Part shown: positions 59,994 to 64,000 of the stretch, one piece after another
Layout of the letters: each line of letters begins with the position of its first letter
Position numbering within the stretch: position 1 is the first letter of the stretch
Source: Vezdaea acicularis
Taxonomy: Eukaryota
Direction: 5' to 3'
NCBI GenBank assembly: GCA_026025075.1
Contig: JAPEUI010000088.1
Location: forward strand, 1 to 64,000
DNA length: 64,000 bases
Program-made: the position numbers and the translations under genes
The notes under the pieces: generated by a model
Told to the model about the DNA's origin: nothing
Database searches by the model: none
Seen by the model: only the letters and a program-made list of their open reading frames with translations

Positions 59994-62464
59994 ATGGAGG
60001 TTGCTCCAAACTTCGGCGCAGAGTTGAAGGATGCATTTAAGCCCGTCAATGCCTGGGTATGTGCATTTACCTTTATCAGAACCCAAAGGATACTAATCCA
60101 CCTAACAGGTTGCTGGAGGCATTGCATGGTTAGACGATATTCAGCAATTCTACCGAGAACGCAGCACAATTGAAAAGGAATACAGCGCAAAATTGAGCGG
60201 ATTGGCGAAGAAGTACTATGAGAAGAAAGCAAGGAAATCTAGTGCTCTTAGCGTGGGTGAAACTCCCAGCTTGACACCTGGGTCGCTCGAGAGGTGAGAG
60301 GGCAATGAAGTACACCAATACGCTCAACGGAGATCCTGACTCTGACAGCGCTTCTCTGACTACATGGACTACACAACTTTCCACTCTTGAGTCCCGAGCA
60401 GCGGAACATGAGCGATTTGGAGGAGAACTCGTTACGAACCTAGCAGATCCAATCAAATTTATGAGTGTACAGTTTGAAGAAATGCGAAAGCGGCATGCGG
60501 AATATGCAGCCAAGCTAGAGCAGGAACGGGATTCTTCTTATGCCGATCTTAACAAGATTAAAAGCAAGTACGATGGTTCATGTCAAGAGCTGGAGAGTCG
60601 TCGAAAAAAAGCGCAATCCTCCTTCGATACCAGCAAGCAGAAGGCTCAGAATGCATATCAACAGCAGCTTTCTGATATGCATAATGCAAAGGTCAGTTGT
60701 TTGGTTTCAAATTTGGAGATTAGGACTGACCCATACAGAACACGTATCTGATTACCATCAATGTTACAAATAAGCAAAAGGAGATGTATTATCACGAGTA
60801 TGTTCCGGAACTACTAAATGTGGGTGAAGACACTTGATTTTTGCATGTTCTATGGACGGAAGCTGACACTCAAAGGGCAGAGCTTACAAGATATCTCTGA
60901 GACTAGAACTTCGAAGCTGAACTCGATCTGGTCATTGGCTGCAAAGATCGAGACTTCAACCCTCTCACGAAGCAGCGATCTCCTGAAACACCTTTCAAAC
61001 GAGATCACAAGAAACAACCCTTTGCTTGACTCTATGATGTTTGCTCGACATAATGCAGCGCCATGGCAAGAGCCTCCAAACATGGCATTTGAGCCTAGTC
61101 CAGTCTGGCATGATGACGACGCAATAGTGGTGGATGACACTGCCAAGATATTCTTAAGGAATGTTCTTGGGAAGAGCAAGGGGTCCTTGTCAGAACTCAA
61201 GCGAGAGGTTGACAAAAAGAGGCGCGAGGTGGACAATATGGCGAAAATGAGAGAGAGTATCAGGTCGGGCAAAGAGAAGAAAGACGAAGTCGAAGTCGTG
61301 CGTGCGATCCTACATCTTAAGGAGCAATTGCACGAGATAGATCGGAAGCGTCTAGGAGCTGAGGTTGAGACTAAGACCATCACCTCTGCGGTCGGGGATG
61401 TCACTATCGGTGCAAGAAACCACAACTTCAAGGCGCAAACTTTCAAGATCCCAACGAATTGTGATCTATGTGGGGATCGTATATGGGGCCTATCCGCCAA
61501 AGGATTCGATTGTGAAGACTGCGGCTACACGTGTCACAGTAAGTGCGAGCTCAAGGTGCCAGCGGACTGCCCTGGAGAGCAATCGAAGGAGGCAAGGAAA
61601 AAACTCAAGGGCGAACGCCAGAAGGCAGCCAACGCACATCACACCGTGGCAGAGCCAACGAACGGAGCCTCTGAGATGCCTACGATCAGTAGAAGTAATA
61701 CTATGAACTCTTTAAGTTCTGGGTATGCTGCCAGCGCACACCGCTCAGTATCAGGTCTCGGACCCTCCACTCCAACGGAAGAAAGCATTCCCGAGAATGC
61801 TCCTGCTGCCACTGCGAAGCCGCCTCCTAGTAAAGCGAGTGCCTCACGGAGGAACCGTGTGATTGCCCCTCCACCAACTCAATACGTTAGCGAGCTTCCC
61901 GCCAACGGCGAAAACGGCGTTTCACTTGCGAAGACTGAGCAGCATGGAGTGATGCTCTATGCTTATGAAGCCAATGGGGAGGGAGAGATTTCGTTGCATG
62001 ATGGACGAGATGTGGTTGTTCTGGAACCCGATGGTATGTACATCTTCGAAGCTTTCTAGCATGTGCTATTACTCACGTTACATGTAGACGGTGGGTGGAC
62101 CAAAGTCCGGGCTGGAGCAAGGGAGGGTCTAGTCCCCACTGCCTACCTCGAATTGCGTTCAGCGGCGCCATCGCTATCAGAGAGGCCGGCTTCGACGTAT
62201 TCAAACTCCTCGGCATCCTTCACCGGCAGCACTGCTCCCACGAAAAAGAAGGGACCCACCGTTGCGCCAAAGCGGGGAGCTAAGAAACTAAAATACGTCG
62301 AGGCCATGTACGAGTACGAAGCGCGCACGGATGCGGAATGGAGCATGTCGGAGGGCGAGAGGTTCGTGCTCATCAACAAAGACGCCGGTGATGGCTGGGC
62401 GGACGTGGAGAAAGGCGGGGTGACGAAGAGCGTCCCCGCCAACTACATTCAGGATGTTGCGTAG
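59994..62464 (+). CDS. BZZ1: Bzz1 actin/endocytosis adaptor (F-BAR, C1, two SH3 domains), five introns
   Basis: FYRERSTIEKEY (F-BAR), HNFKAQTFKIPTNCDLC...CEDCGYTCHSKC (C1), and SH3 motifs MLYAY...GLVPTAY and AMYEY...SVPANY. Confidence 0.93.
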
Positions 62465-63686
62465 GCTGCTTGGCATTCTTGGAGTCTCATCTGCCTTTGG
62501 AGGTCATCCGGGAGTTGTGGAACGCCGGTTTGCATTGGGTCCGGCGCTATGTGGGGAGCTTTACTCTTCCGTATCGTTCCATTCGTTCGTACACTTCGAC
62601 ATCAGTATATATGCCTACCAGCGAGGAAGAAGATCGAGGTAGTTGTACCATCGCTACCGAATTATGGACTAATCAGCGGAGACCGCCATCCCTATCGAGA
62701 ATATTCTTGGTCGCATTCCGTGGTGGCAAGAAATGTCTAGACTTTGGAAAGCCGAGATCGTCTCTCTCGTGTCTTTCAAGTCTATTAATATCGCAATCGT
62801 GACCTGACCATGACGCACGTGCATCAAACGCACTACCAAGAACAATCGACCTTCAATTCGAACGAGATCGACGTCTCTTGGAAGTTGTCTTCTTGCTAGA
62901 AATTGCCCCATCTACCTGCGACCGGAGCGGCCAGCGACTGACGGCTCTCGTTGCGCGATGCGTTCCGCCACCACTTCATCCCCCTCAAACTGCTGATCCC
63001 ACAAGCGAGATTTGTTCCATACGAACCCCAGCACCCGCCCGGCACGTCCAGAGGCTGACTCCATGGCTGCCTCTTGGCGCCGCGTTGCAATGAGCGTGGC
63101 CGCGACCAGTTTTGCTTCCGTCTTGGCGGGCTGCCAATTGCTCTTGGAACATTCATCGGGGAGGGAGATGGCAGCAGGCCTGGCCGCTGAAAGAGCGTGA
63201 AGTAGTGGGGAGTGGCCCCTTTGGCGCGCGGACATGCCAAGCGCGAGCGTCGTCAGGGATGGCTTGCGGTGCCGGGCGAAATTCAGGGCCCCTCGCTTAG
63301 CGGTCGCCCCTGGCCGTTTTTTTGCAGAATAGGCCGGCGCGGCGGCCAGTCAGACGCGATGTTTTCCCTCGCCTGGGGATATTCCGGTACGGCGTCCCCT
63401 TTTCGTCCTCCTGCTCTTCAAATCCAGCCGGTCTTTTCCCCCTCCTTCTTTCCTCATCAACTTCGACACTTCCAACTCACCCACTTTCGCTGCTGTCGAC
63501 TCTTTCCAGGTTTTCTGATCTGCGTTTTCTAGACTGCCTCTCACTCCCTCGAGGCTTTCTCTCCAGAGACTTTGTTTGGAGCTTTTTTACTCTTCACGAC
63601 ACGACTTTACCGGGCCATTTCGTTCGGTTTTGCTCCGTGATCCATCACTACAACTAGTGTTTTTGACCTCCAATCATTATTTCATA

Positions 63687-64000
63687 ATGAAGGGCTTATC
63701 TATTCTGTCCACTTCGGTGGCTCTTGCAACCACAGCATACGCTGCTGCTCTGTCCAAGCGTGGAGATCTTCCTTCCGTCACAGTCAAGGGCAACGGTATG
63801 TGGACCAAGAATTGACCGGGCAGACTCGATCACCAGCATTACTGACATTGTCCTCTAGCCTTCTGGACCGGCAGTGACCGCTTCTACGTCCGTGGCGTCG
63901 ACTATCAACCAGGTGGTTCGTCCAAGGTCACCGACCCCATCGCCGACCCCAGTACATGCAAACGCGACATTGCCGAATTCCAGAAGCTCGGTATCAACAC
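63687..64000 (+). CDS. GH72 1,3-beta-glucanosyltransferase (Gel1/Gas5-like), 5' part only, intron at 63796-63858
   Basis: Signal peptide followed by VTVKGNAFWTGSDRFYVRGVDYQPGGSS...DPIAD...CKRDIAEFQKLGIN. Confidence 0.93.

Noticed and set aside
1..64000. Transposons, RIP-mutated blocks, CRISPR arrays, tRNA and rRNA genes
   Set aside because: No transposase or reverse transcriptase motifs, long terminal repeats, extended AT-rich blocks, repeat-spacer arrays or cloverleafs were recognised by eye. Short degenerate elements could have been missed.

Overview
Intron-rich eukaryotic DNA from a filamentous ascomycete (Pezizomycotina-type: short introns with CTRAY branch points; species not determinable). 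I can support about 24 protein-coding genes, mostly conserved housekeeping genes: SLY1, a PNUTS/Ppn1-like PP1 regulator, a YOR238W/DUF218-like gene, RIB1, SEC28, a HAD phosphatase, PSD2, DSN1/Mis13, an Rds1-like ferritin-fold secreted protein, an ACC-synthase-like aminotransferase, eIF2-beta, MIM2, an AIM24-family gene, an XRCC2-like RAD51 paralog, SOM1, a class III chitin synthase, OPY2, a C2H2 factor, NOT3/5, fRMsr, DBP5, BZZ1 and a GH72 Gel/Gas gene cut by the window end. There are also two orphan-like ORFs and a probable KE-repeat exon at the left edge. I found no intact transposon, CRISPR array, tRNA, rRNA or secondary-metabolite cluster, and no clearly new multi-gene system. The most interesting signals are: a candidate orphan box C/D snoRNA at about 40.2 kb; two GC-AG introns, one GAG acceptor and many AAG acceptors; two symmetric 33-nt micro-exons in the AIM24-like gene; recurrent C-rich to G-rich strand-skew inversions that ignore gene direction; and a 76-bp XRCC2/SOM1 head-to-head spacer. 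All gene models and splice sites were derived by hand, and family names come from motif recognition rather than database searches.
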